Assembly: GCA_963774955.1 (NCBI GenBank)
Contig: CAVZGV010000006.1
Coordinates: 90,855-154,854, forward strand
Source: Candidatus Falkowbacteria bacterium
Lineage (GTDB): Bacteria > Patescibacteriota > Patescibacteriia > CAIXNZ01
Direction of reading: 5' to 3'
DNA: 64,000 nucleotides
Made by a program: the position numbers and the translations under genes. The notes beneath the pieces were generated by a model, which made no database searches, was not told the DNA's origin, and saw nothing but the letters and a program-made list of their open reading frames with translations. Numbering within the stretch: the first letter of the stretch is position 1; every line of letters begins with the position of its first letter. Of this stretch, positions 41,012 through 50,998 are shown in pieces.

Positions 41012-41875
41012 ATGTCAAAATCGGCAACGGTTTACACTCTTATGGCTGCATTGCGCGAGGCCGAGGATATCCTGGGTAAAGGCAGAAAGTGGCAGGCGAA
41101 AAATCCTATGCAAGCCAAGCTGATCACTGACTTTTTGAAGTACATCAGTGAAGCCGGCCAGATCAAGGAAATTGAGAGCATTGCCTCGCGTGACGCCAAA
41201 AAGATCAATGACTTTCTGGCTCAGCGCGGCTTTTCCATCCAGCTCAATCCCTTTGCTCCGACTGAATTCGGAGTGGCGGCCGTGCTGGACCTGCTGGTCA
41301 AATGGTTTCAACCCGGCAAAAAGATCCAGATCACGACCCCGAACAACCAAAAATATCCGGGTGTGCATCTGAAGCAGGGCGTGCAGTTTTTCAATGTGAA
41401 CGGTGACATGAACAAGCCCGTCGCCAAAATCAGAACCCAAAGCGACGACGAAGTCTTTATGACCATGATCGACCAGGTACCGGACGGTCTGGACCTGCTC
41501 GAATTCGCCGCCACCTTGGTAGCTCAGCTCCAGTACGGCAGAGAGGAATACGAGGGCCTGCATTTCCCCATGGTTGATTTCAAAAACCAGCCGGACATTT
41601 CCTGGCTCTTGGGCATGGCTACGACTGACAGCTCGGGCGTACCGGCTTGGATCTCCCAAGCCAAACAGGAAACCAAGTTGCGCATGAATGAGATCGGCGC
41701 CAGAGTCCAGGATGCTGTGGCCATGGCTACCATGAGATGTGCAATGATGCCGAAACAACCCCTGATCATCAATAAGCCTTTCTTGTGCATCTTCACCAGA
41801 CCGGGCCTGACCTTCCCACTGGCCGTGTTCTTTCTGGATCCCGACTGCTGGAAAAACCCGGGCAGCCTGGATTAA
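41012..41875 (+). CDS. Truncated serpin-like protein
   Basis: C-terminal serpin signature QETKLRMNEIG...INKPFLCIF; LHFPMVDF; GAGGAGG site. Confidence 0.55.
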   Translation: MSKSATVYTLMAALREAEDILGKGRKWQAKNPMQAKLITDFLKYISEAGQIKEIESIASRDAKKINDFLAQRGFSIQLNPFAPTEFGVAAVLDLLVKWFQPGKKIQITTPNNQKYPGVHLKQGVQFFNVNGDMNKPVAKIRTQSDDEVFMTMIDQVPDGLDLLEFAATLVAQLQYGREEYEGLHFPMVDFKNQPDISWLLGMATTDSSGVPAWISQAKQETKLRMNEIGARVQDAVAMATMRCAMMPKQPLIINKPFLCIFTRPGLTFPLAVFFLDPDCWKNPGSLD

Positions 41876-41942
41876 AAGTCAAAGCTTAAAAAGCTGACCC
41901 CAAAATAAACCCCAAAGGGCCCCACATCGTGGCGGCCCTTTT

Positions 41943-42824
41943 TTAATTCTCAGTTTTTAATTTATCCAGCAATTTAACTATATTCAATTCCGGATAGATG
42001 CTTATACGCTTTAAAGCCAATAAATCATCCGGATCCTGCCAGGCATCCTGATCATAGGTTAACCCGGCTTGATAACCGGCTTGTCCGGCTAATTCCTTTA
42101 TCTGGTCATTATATAAACCAAAAGGATAGCAGATCACGGTAATATCCTTACCCAATAAATCCGCCAGCATTTTTTTACTGTCTGTCAGTTCCTTAAGGGC
42201 TTCAGCACTGCTGATTTTGGTCAGCTTGGGATGCCAGACTGTATGCGAGCCGATTTCCACTAAACCGCTTTCAGCCAGTTCAATTATCTGGTCCTTGGAT
42301 AAATAATTTGATCCGCCCACGCCGGTCATGATATATATTGAGGTCTTAATATTGTATTTTTGCAAAATCGGCCAAGCCTGGGTATAAAAATCCTCATTGC
42401 CGTCATCAAAAGTAATAGCCATTATTTTTTCCTGAGGCAATTGCTTCTTAGACAAATAATCGACAACTTCGCTGACAAAAAACGGGCGGTAATCATTGTC
42501 TAATAAATCCTTTAAAATCTGCTCAAATTTCAGCGGTTCAATAAAATAACTTCTGGTAATTTTGTCGGCATTAGCGGGTGCAGTGCCGATATGATGAAAA
42601 TCCAAAATCGGCACAAAAGCCCTTTCTCCAACCTTGAGTTGGTAATACCCTTTTTTCCCCTCTTGCCCATTTTCCCCTTCTTGCTCTTCAATATTTTCCC
42701 GATTCCAAACATCATCCGCAGGCTTTGACCGCAAATCAACAAACAAATGGTCAATCAAAATAATGACCGCCACCACTAAAATTGCGATTAAAATATCAAT
42801 AGCTAATTGGTGTCTTTTCTCCAT
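41943..42824 (-). CDS. Polysaccharide deacetylase (IcaB/PgaB-like, CE4)
   Basis: PILDFHH, ITFDDG, GSHTVWH, CYPFG; N-terminal TM; likely start at ATG 42824. Confidence 0.9.
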   Translation of the reverse strand: MEKRHQLAIDILIAILVVAVIILIDHLFVDLRSKPADDVWNRENIEEQEGENGQEGKKGYYQLKVGERAFVPILDFHHIGTAPANADKITRSYFIEPLKFEQILKDLLDNDYRPFFVSEVVDYLSKKQLPQEKIMAITFDDGNEDFYTQAWPILQKYNIKTSIYIMTGVGGSNYLSKDQIIELAESGLVEIGSHTVWHPKLTKISSAEALKELTDSKKMLADLLGKDITVICYPFGLYNDQIKELAGQAGYQAGLTYDQDAWQDPDDLLALKRISIYPELNIVKLLDKLKTEN

Positions 42825-43053
42825 ATGATTTGTCTCTATTTTAGCACTGTTTGAATTATATTGACAAGAAAGTCTCAACTCGTTTCTAGGATTTGCGTGC
42901 TCCTTGACAAAACATAAAAAAAATGATATTGTTATATATTGTAAACCCATTAAGGCAGGGGGACTAAATACTGCCCAGGCTGCCACGTTCGTGGCAACCG
43001 ACAACCTTTACCACCCCGCAGTGCGGGGCCAAATCCGGAAAGGGAGGAAGAAC

Positions 43054-43791
43054 ATGAGAGCGAAAGATTTGATGTGTGCCAAGGCTAAGGACGGAATCCT
43101 ATTGATCGAAGGATTAAAGGATTACCACTTGAGAGTGCTGGGCGCAACCATGCCCTGCAGTTCACATGGGACTGATACGGTCAATTCATTTTACCTGACA
43201 CCGATTAAAGACCAGAAAGGTCTGGTGTCTGTCCATGTTTGCGCAGCTAACCACGCTAAAGTAGCATGTTTTTTCCTGAACGTTGATTTTAGCGGTCAGG
43301 AACCGATCATTGACCTGGAAAATCAATGGCTGCCTCAAGCGGACCGGTTGGGTCAGGTCTATGACAGGGGCATCGAGGTAATGATTGAGAGTATCCTTTT
43401 CTCCTCGCGGCTGTGCTTTGATAGCCGACTGCCCGAGAACTATGTGGCGGGTGATGTTCTCTGTCGCTACCTGATCGGCGAAATCAGCGCCGAGGATGTC
43501 CACCAAGCAGTCACCAACTTGGCTGATGAAATCAGCGCCCGGGCCAAACTGCCTGAGCTGGAAGAATCAGTCAAACGCTATCAGACTGAACTTGAAACCG
43601 TCACCGCGGATCGAGATGAATTCAAACACGTAATCCATGAGAAAACCCAAAAACTCGATTTAATGGCCGACTTCACCAATCACTTACGCGATTTGGTCAA
43701 ACAACTCGAAAAAAGTCTGGCCTCAAAGTGGTTCCTGAGCAAAAAAGACAAGCAACTGCTGGAATCTTTGAACCAGGTAAGCTGGCGCTAA
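43054..43791 (+). CDS. Hypothetical protein with C-terminal coiled coil
   Basis: ATG 43054 after GGGAGG; structured ~100-nt leader; terminator at ~43818-43850. Confidence 0.65.
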   Translation: MRAKDLMCAKAKDGILLIEGLKDYHLRVLGATMPCSSHGTDTVNSFYLTPIKDQKGLVSVHVCAANHAKVACFFLNVDFSGQEPIIDLENQWLPQADRLGQVYDRGIEVMIESILFSSRLCFDSRLPENYVAGDVLCRYLIGEISAEDVHQAVTNLADEISARAKLPELEESVKRYQTELETVTADRDEFKHVIHEKTQKLDLMADFTNHLRDLVKQLEKSLASKWFLSKKDKQLLESLNQVSWR

Positions 43792-43904
43792 GGCCAGAAA
43801 TCTAACCAAAACAAATAAAAGCGCGAGCCAATCCTGGTTCGCCTTTTTTTATATAAATTTTTATGGCTGCGGTAAAAACAACGTAGTTGTAACTTTTTCT
43901 AAAC

Positions 43905-44002
43905 AAAAAAGACAAACCGTCTGTAAGTCATTCAGAGCGCAGCGTGGAATCCATGAAGTCCTGGATTCTTCGTTTCACTCTGAATGACGATTTGTCTTTT
44001 TT
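43905..44002. repeat. Long palindromic element, copy 2
   Basis: Near-identical reverse complement of 61797-61893. Confidence 0.85.
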
Positions 44003-44466
44003 TATTTCTCAGTTTTTAATTTATCAATCAGCTCCTGATAATCCATGGTGATCACGTGCAGGTCATGAATAATATTAGTACAATTTTGCGTATATTTTCG
44101 CCTGGGGATTAATTGCCAGTGCAGATGAGCTATGGAACAGCCGGAAAACTTACCGACATTAATGCCGAAATTAAATGATTCAGTGGCAAATAAATCTGCC
44201 AAGGCTTTCTTGCTTTTAGCAAATATTGTAAAAAACTCCGCCTTTTCTTGATCATTAAGGTCCTCCACCTGACAGACATGCCTTTTGGGGACCAGCATTA
44301 AATTACCGTCCAGATACGGATATTTATTGGCTATTACTAACCAATGCTCCCCTTCTAAGCTTTTTACCGACTGGGCCTGTAAATTTTCAGGATCACAAAA
44401 CTGGCAGGTTTTGATTTTATCTTTTACTTTCCGGTATTGAGCCCGGCTTGGTTCTAATACTTTCAT
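44002..44466 (-). CDS. HIT-family nucleotide hydrolase/phosphorylase
   Basis: CQFC, NKYPY..G.LMLVPKRH, FNFGINVG, HLHWQLIPR. Confidence 0.88.
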   Translation of the reverse strand: MKVLEPSRAQYRKVKDKIKTCQFCDPENLQAQSVKSLEGEHWLVIANKYPYLDGNLMLVPKRHVCQVEDLNDQEKAEFFTIFAKSKKALADLFATESFNFGINVGKFSGCSIAHLHWQLIPRRKYTQNCTNIIHDLHVITMDYQELIDKLKTEK

Positions 44467-44528
44467 ATTTTAGAAAATTAATTTAAAACAGCCACCTATA
44501 TTTAATATAGCATGGCTGTTAAGAATTG

Positions 44529-44996
44529 TCAGGAAGCTTTGATTTTGGCGATTATTTTGCTGGTGCTGACATCGGGGTGAGAATCTGCAAATTCAACCAC
44601 TTCAATCTCTAATTTGGCTGCCAACTGACGTTTTTCCTCGTTGCGGGACGACTTTGTCGTTTGGGAAATGACCAGAACGTGTGGTTTTACCTGCGTTATT
44701 AATTCCCCGATATCATCAAAAATCGTCACCAGATCAACCCCATGGATGTAAGAAATCAGCTCGGCTCGGTATTGCTCCGGAATGATCGGACGACTCGGTC
44801 CTTTCATTTTTCTGACTAATGAATCCGAATTGACACCGACGACCAGGACGCTGCCCAGTCTGACACAATCATCAAGATAGATTGCATGACCGATGTGAAA
44901 CAGGTCAAAAACGCCTGCGGTTAAAACGATGTTATGGCCCATTTTTTTCAGCAGGTCACAATCCGCGCCAATTTTATCCAAAGCAACAATCTTCAT
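44529..44996 (-). CDS. Cytidylyltransferase-family protein (RfaE/HldE domain II-like)
   Basis: GVFDLFHIGH, VGVNSD, KGPSRPI, STSKII. Confidence 0.85.
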   Translation of the reverse strand: MKIVALDKIGADCDLLKKMGHNIVLTAGVFDLFHIGHAIYLDDCVRLGSVLVVGVNSDSLVRKMKGPSRPIIPEQYRAELISYIHGVDLVTIFDDIGELITQVKPHVLVISQTTKSSRNEEKRQLAAKLEIEVVEFADSHPDVSTSKIIAKIKAS

Positions 44997-45124
44997 TGCC
45001 ACCTCCTTTGTTTGGTTTTGATATCTGAATTTTATAAACAGAAACCAAATATGTCAAGTAAATAAAAAACACCTACATAAAGCGGATGTTTTTAACGTCT
45101 GAACAGTCAAGTCTTGGACCTTAG

Positions 45125-45514
45125 TTATTGGGATTTTTTTCTTTTCTTAGCTTCCAGCGCACGAATTTCTTTTTCATTAAGCCCTAAGTGGTGGCCGACT
45201 TCGTGCCATACGACTTCATAGATTAATTTTTTCAATTTATCCTCGTTACGACCGGCGAATGCCTCTATTGATTTTTGAAAAATGGTAATTTTATCCGGTA
45301 ATACGCCAAAATATCCGGAATCGCGTTCTATCCGCGGAATACCCTCATAGAGCCCTAAGAGCGTTTCGTCAACTCTGATTCCGATTTCTTGCGCTTTTTT
45401 CCTACGCGGATTTTGTTCAATTACAAAAGAAACATTATCCATAGCTTCTTGGATATGGCGCGGCATTAAGGCAATAGCATCGCACACTAATTTTTCGAAT
45501 TCAAATCTCGTCAT
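45125..45514 (-). CDS. Zincin-like metallopeptidase (DUF1025-like)
   Basis: LLGLYEG, PDKITIF, HEVGHHLG; the real start is ATG 45514. Confidence 0.88.
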   Translation of the reverse strand: MTRFEFEKLVCDAIALMPRHIQEAMDNVSFVIEQNPRRKKAQEIGIRVDETLLGLYEGIPRIERDSGYFGVLPDKITIFQKSIEAFAGRNEDKLKKLIYEVVWHEVGHHLGLNEKEIRALEAKKRKKSQ

Positions 45515-45609
45515 AATAATTTCCGACGATTCACAAATTTTTACATTTTTTCCTTGGAAGATTAAAAAATGCAAACATCTACCAATCAAACTAGTGATAA
45601 TTATAATTC

Positions 45610-46572
45610 TTAGCCTCTGATAATAAGAGTAATAATATAAATTAAATAAATTGCGATAAAGCCAGCGCCTTGCCAACGTTCCAGGATTCTTTTTTGGCCT
45701 ACAAACATGGCCAGAAAAAGCAAAACAGTCGCTAAAATCGCCATTAAAATATCTTGATTTAAAGCAGGAGTAAATGGCAATGGTTTGATAATAGAACTTA
45801 AACCTAAAATCCAAAAAATATTAAATATATTAGAACCGACAATGTTGCCAATAGCAATGTCGGCATTTTTTTTGTAAGCAGCCATGGCAGAAGTGGCAAG
45901 TTCAGGCAAGGAAGTACCAATAGCCACTATGGTTAAACCAATCAAAGATTGGCTGACACCTAAACTAGTAGCAATGCTGACTGCTCCATCAACGATCCAT
46001 TTACCGCCGATTGTTAAACAAAGTAAACCTCCAATAATCATCAGAATTGAAGTTGATATTTTATGTTCTTTTACACCTTGTTTTTCTGTTTCAACTCCCT
46101 TACTAATACCATGAGTATAATAAAGAAAGATCGCAAAAAAGCCGATTAAGATTAAACCATCAATTCTTGTTATGACTGAAAAATTAAAACCGTCTATCAG
46201 CGCGTCATTTGCCATTAAAGCCATAGCAATAACAGCTAAAAGGGCCAATGGGATTTCTTTCCAAGTAGTATTATTTTTAACAGCTAAAGGATATATTATA
46301 GCTGATATCCCAAGGATTAAAAGAATATTGGCGATATTACTGCCTAAAATATTGCCAATGGCAATATCCGTATTGCCCTGGATGCTGGCAAAAATATTTA
46401 CAATCAGTTCTGGGGCAGACGTGCCAAAAGCCACAATTGTTAAGCCAATCGCTAGCGCAGAAATGCCAATTCTTTTTGCCAAAGAAGACGCGCCATCAAC
46501 CAGCCAATCAGCACCTTTGATTAAAACAACAAAACCGAAAACAAAAAGAATGTAAGTTAAGAGTTGGTACAT
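45610..46572 (-). CDS. Calcium/sodium antiporter (YrbG-like)
   Basis: Two alpha repeats, GTSAPE...GNILGSN and GTSLPE...GNIVGSN. Confidence 0.93.
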   Translation of the reverse strand: MYQLLTYILFVFGFVVLIKGADWLVDGASSLAKRIGISALAIGLTIVAFGTSAPELIVNIFASIQGNTDIAIGNILGSNIANILLILGISAIIYPLAVKNNTTWKEIPLALLAVIAMALMANDALIDGFNFSVITRIDGLILIGFFAIFLYYTHGISKGVETEKQGVKEHKISTSILMIIGGLLCLTIGGKWIVDGAVSIATSLGVSQSLIGLTIVAIGTSLPELATSAMAAYKKNADIAIGNIVGSNIFNIFWILGLSSIIKPLPFTPALNQDILMAILATVLLFLAMFVGQKRILERWQGAGFIAIYLIYIITLIIRG

Positions 46573-46714
46573 AAAAGTTTATAGAGTTTACTTCAGCCGT
46601 AAGGCCATCGGTCTTGAAATTATTAATTTTAATTACAGTGGCCTGAGAGTTTATTCGAGGGTCGATTTATGGGGTACTCTGAGGGCACCCAAGTCGCTCG
46701 ATAAAAAAGTCTTG

Positions 46715-46789
46715 TGGCTGGGGAGATAGGATTCGAACCTATGAATGCCGCCTCCAAAGGGCGGTGCCTTACCGCTTGGCGACTCCCCA
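46715..46789 (-). tRNA. tRNA-Gln(TTG)
   Basis: TGGGGAG/CTCCCCA acceptor stem, anticodon arm CCGCC-CTTTGGA-GGCGG, GGTTCGAATCC, encoded CCA. Confidence 0.96.
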
Positions 46790-46799
46790 AAAATTAAAG

Positions 46800-47074
46800 T
46801 TACTAATTGTTTAACCGCGTGCTTGCCTGCCGAAGCTTTAGCGAAGGCAGGGCGACTCCCCAAAAATTTAAAACTACTAATTGTTTAACCGCTTGCTTGC
46901 CCGCCAGAGCCTGAAAGGCGTAGGCGGGGCGACTCCCCAAAGGTGTTAATGACCAATAATCAATAACCAATAACCAAATAATTTTCAAATCTCAAATACC
47001 AAAATTATTTTACTAACTTTCAACCGCTTGCTTGCCCGCCAGAGCCTGAAAGGCGTAGGCGGGACGACTACCCA
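46800..47074 (-). repeat. Three tRNA-Gln 5'-end fragments, each interrupted by a 30-33 nt palindromic repeat
   Basis: TGGG(G/T)AGTCG(C/T)C-[CYGCCTWCGC...GGCRGGCAAGC]-A(A/C)GCGGTT with 5' ends at 46862, 46939 and 47074. Confidence 0.8.
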
Positions 47075-47326
47075 AGGATATCGTGATTAGTTAAACGGTT
47101 TCGTTAAGCGTTAATCGATAATCGTACTACTATTGTATGCGAAAATGGGGCTAAAGTCAGAGAATAATGTGCCATTGTTTAGATAATAAAAGTCGTTCCT
47201 AATTTCGGAACGGCCTTTGTTTGTGATTAAACCATATTGAATAAAGATATAAGAAGATAAATACATCAAAATATTTTATAATAAATGAAACAGCCTATCG
47301 TCATGGCAGACAATAGGCTGTAATTT

Positions 47327-48055
47327 TTAGGAAAAAAATCCAGATTTAGACGCTTCGGGGCAGATGATTTTATAAATTTCACTGCTCTCTTTTTTAAGGA
47401 TGTTCAGAATTTCAACCTCCTTATCCTTGTGGTTTGCCAGGATTTCAGTAGCAATCCGTTTAACGTCATCATTATGGATGCCTCGTGCTGTTCTAGTTTC
47501 AAATACTTCACAGCCATAAACTCGAGCTTTATTAAAACTATAGGTTTCGAGATATGACTCTGTTTTTACCAAAGTAGCTAAGGCCATAGCCACATATCGG
47601 GGAGATACGCTGGGATCTTTGGCTTTTGCCTGGACTTGTTCGTAAAATCCTTCCAATTCGGGATTAAGAGCTATTTCCCAGGTCCTTAGTTGGGAAAAAT
47701 TTAGCGGAGTATCTTCTCCTCTTTCCAGTTTTCTCAGATTAGCAATCAATTCCCTACAATATTGATCGGAATCGAGTTTTCTACCGATGGCTTCTTTAAG
47801 TTCTCTTCGGATAAAAAGAACCAAGACGATTAAAGAAGCTACCAGAGAAATTATTAAGGTTATGACCGCAAAATCTTTTCTGGATAAAGCGGTGTGCCAA
47901 AATATTGTGTACCCAAAATAAACTAAGTTTGGCACACCTAAAATCCACCAAATGCAGGATAAAACTTGAATATCAAAATTCTCGCGACGACGGTCAAGAA
48001 ACATTGAAATAATCTCATCCATTTTCCAAACCCAATCAATCTTTTTTACGCTCAT
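47327..48055 (-). CDS. Hypothetical protein with two N-terminal TMs
   Basis: AAGGAGG site, TTGACA-N17-TAAGTT promoter, downstream terminator. Confidence 0.65.
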   Translation of the reverse strand: MSVKKIDWVWKMDEIISMFLDRRRENFDIQVLSCIWWILGVPNLVYFGYTIFWHTALSRKDFAVITLIISLVASLIVLVLFIRRELKEAIGRKLDSDQYCRELIANLRKLERGEDTPLNFSQLRTWEIALNPELEGFYEQVQAKAKDPSVSPRYVAMALATLVKTESYLETYSFNKARVYGCEVFETRTARGIHNDDVKRIATEILANHKDKEVEILNILKKESSEIYKIICPEASKSGFFS

Positions 48056-48215
48056 TTTTCTCCTCCTTGTTGAGCGGTTAGTTTTAAAAACCAGTTCTTT
48101 TTATAACTTAACACTATCGTTTGAAGATGTCAAAATATCCATTAAATTACGAGGCAATCTCCTTATAACTAAGGTTCTAAACCTTACTGTTCAGCCAAAT
48201 TTAAAAGCAGTGGCG

Positions 48216-50112
48216 TTAACCACTGCTTTTAAAGTTAGTTTTTTCAGGTTTTAAATTTCCAAACCCCTGATCTTGTGCCAAGGCCCTGAAGGTCGGCGAA
48301 ATCGCTGCCAACTCATCAAAACTACTGGCAATCGCTGTCACATGACCGCAGGAATCTCCGTTGGAATCGATCATGATGAATTTGTCGCAGATTCTTCTGA
48401 CCGTGTTCAAACGGTGAGTGACAATCAGTGCGCCTCTGTCTTTGGTCAACACTTTTGCCAGACCAGTCCTGAACCAGCTTCTCGGTGGTGGAATCTAGCG
48501 AGCTGGTCGCCTCGTCAATGATCATGAACTTCGGCGCTTTCATGACTGCGCAACCAATGCCCAGACGCTGGGATTGACCGCCGGAAAGTTTAATGCCGTT
48601 ACGACCGACTTTGGTGTCCAGACCTTCAGTCAACCTTTCGCCAAAATCAATCTGCAGCATTTTCATGGTTTGCCAGACCTGATCATCACTGATCTGCAGT
48701 TTGGCTGCATCAGGCAGGCCATAAAGCATGTTGTAGCGGATAGTGCCGTCAAGAATCTGCGCCTGCTGAGGCACATAGCCGATTAAAGACAGCCAATTTT
48801 GCAGATCCAAATCGCACAGATTTTGGCCGTTGATCCGGATCATGCCCTGACTCGGATCCATATAGCGCAGCAATAAACGCATGATCGTGGTTTTGCCCAC
48901 GCCACTGGAACCGATGAGAGCGACTTTTTCACCAGGAGCGATCTTGAAGGAAATCCGGGAAATAACCGATTTGGTCTGTTCAGCTTCCTTGTGCGGATAG
49001 CTGTAACCGACCGCGTCAAATTCCACTTCAATTGGCTGATCTGGCTCAATCTTTTTAGTTTGGGACGCATACTCAAGTCCTACCGGCAACGTCAGAGCTT
49101 CTTTCATGGCCAGGATGGACGGGGTGACGAAATTAATCTGATGTTCCAGATGTCCGATCCGCCACAGGTTATCGACTATTTGCCGACTCCAGCCAAACAA
49201 GGGATAAAGCAGCCCCAGGGCCATATGTCCATGATAAACCTGATACGCTCCCCAGCTGATTAATCCTAGCAGTAAACCGTAATCGACAAAACCGCGCCAG
49301 ATTACCTGGTAAATAAACCAGAGCCAAAAAGTCCTGTCCGGAACAATCGCCTCCTGAAACTTGTCACAGATGGTCGAAACTTCCTCGTCTTCCTTGGCAA
49401 AATTTTTCACCTTTTCAACGTTATCCAATCTTTCAACCAGATAACGATGAAGGTCACGCCATTTTTTATCAATCGGCAGGCAGACCTGTAAAACTTTCCG
49501 GTTTAAAACCAGACTCCAGGTCAGATGAATGGCCAGCATAACCGTGACGATCAAACCGGCATAGGGACTTAGAAACCATAAGGCGCCAAAGGGTAAAAAC
49601 AGCATCAAGATTGCTTCCACGCCTTCAAACAGCATCATGGCTTCCAGCTGAAAAACTCTTTCCCGGCCCTTTTTGATATTGGCTTCATTAAGCTGGTTAT
49701 GCTCGTCAATATGAGTGCCCAATGATTTTTCGAAAAAAAGTTCGGCCGTGCGCTTATCCAGCTGGCCAATATTTTCCCCGAAAAGATACTCCCGGGCCCG
49801 CATGCTGATCAGCTGGATCAGTTGACTGACAATAACGGTGACTGCATAAAGGCAGATGCCCAAGATGACCAGATTAGCATTCATGGCCTTGGGGTTTAAA
49901 CCATTGAAAACGTAACTTAACGTCCAGGGACCGACAACCATGACGGCGCTGCCAATGGCTTTGACAATTGCCATTTTCTTGGCATACTTTTTCCCCGCAG
50001 GGTTGATCAATTCTTGCCAAACCCAGGTGAACATCGCCTTCATAGCGCGGACTTCTTTGAAATAGTCCCGCAAATTTGTGGCTGCCGCACGATCCAGTTC
50101 TACGTCTTTCAT
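48216..50112 (-). CDS. ABC exporter, fused permease/ATPase, with a frameshift near the C-terminus
   Basis: TM domain, Walker A GSSGVGKTT, LSGGQ, IDEATSSLD; H-loop THRL lies in the 48216-48452 frame after a shift at ~48468. Confidence 0.88.
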
Positions 50113-50193
50113 TTTTTCCTCCCTTTGCCCGCCAAAGCCTTGTGCGAAGGCGGGCTTTTCAAGGTACAACCTAGTTTGCTTTAAATCAGGATA

Positions 50194-50434
50194 AACAAAG
50201 ACTCTCTTAGCCTGATTTGGCCGAGAGAGTCTTTAACAATATATTTAAACCTAATTTTAGCTTTAAAAATATTATCCGCACAAAAAACTCCTATGGCCAT
50301 ATTTAACCCAAGCCCCGCCAAAAACTGGTGTTACTGTATAAAAAGTTAAATTTTTATGACAATTAAACATAATATTATTGGATTTAAATCTTAAGAATTC
50401 ATTTCACTATAACATATTAACAAGAATATGTCAA
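50194..50434 (-). promoter_or_regulatory. Promoter, 32-codon leader ORF and terminator (attenuator) upstream of the ABC exporter
   Basis: TTGACA-N17-TATAGT (50434-50406); ORF 50370-50272; hairpin AAAGACTCTCTCGGCC...GGCTAAGAGAGTCTTTGTTT. Confidence 0.6.
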
Positions 50435-50591
50435 GTAAGCGCTGAAAACTTATTACTTAATATAAGACGGCTAAACATTTTAAATATTACACTTCAAATC
50501 GTCCTTAGCCGTTGACAAAAATAAATTTTAGTGTTAAAATTGCATCAAGCTTTAAACATCAAATCGTAAGACACTTTCAAGGAGGACAAAA

Positions 50592-50906
50592 GTGGCCAGA
50601 AAGCAAGCAATAATCAGGGTGACCAAAAACAATTATCAGCAGGTGATCACCACTCTGCCTGAAAGCAGATTGGAACAGATTTTAAAAAATCTCTTGGTTG
50701 GGATCATCGGCAACTATCTGTACAATCTCAAACACCCGGATAACAGACTGATCCCGCCGATGTTGCCCTCCGGCCAAAGCCTCGAAAAACTCAATGAAGC
50801 TGTGGGCAGCCTGGTTCTCTCCGGAAAGAAAATGAAAATTGTCGATGCCTACGAACATATACCAGACCGAGAAATCATCAGGCTGACACTGGCAGCAAGC
50901 GAATAA
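50592..50906 (+). CDS. Hypothetical protein
   Basis: GTG start after AAGGAGG; TTGACA-N17-TAAAAT promoter; downstream terminator. Confidence 0.6.
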   Translation: MARKQAIIRVTKNNYQQVITTLPESRLEQILKNLLVGIIGNYLYNLKHPDNRLIPPMLPSGQSLEKLNEAVGSLVLSGKKMKIVDAYEHIPDREIIRLTLAASE

Positions 50907-50998
50907 ATTCTATCATCAAGCAGTCCTGCTCAGCGGGACCGCTTTTTTTTATAACAAAAAAAGCCCGTCGTCACGAGCCATTTTTATACTAACTGATC

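Noticed and set aside
41015-41758. 247-aa antisense ORF
   Set aside because: It mirrors a higher-GC gene in codon register; the plus-strand ORF has the promoter, SD site and terminator.
45515-45814. N-terminal extension of the zincin ORF (likewise the extensions of gatB, the deacetylase, the 42904 ORF, the ABC exporter and the SurA-like gene)
   Set aside because: The extensions overlap neighbouring genes or promoters; downstream ATGs fit the family starts.
46651-46988. ORFs encoding PAFAKASAGK-type peptides
   Set aside because: These are translations of the palindromic repeats and the tRNA, not credible genes.
46790-47074. CRISPR array
   Set aside because: Only three degenerate units; the constant parts are tRNA-derived, two putative spacers are identical palindromes, and no cas genes are in the window.
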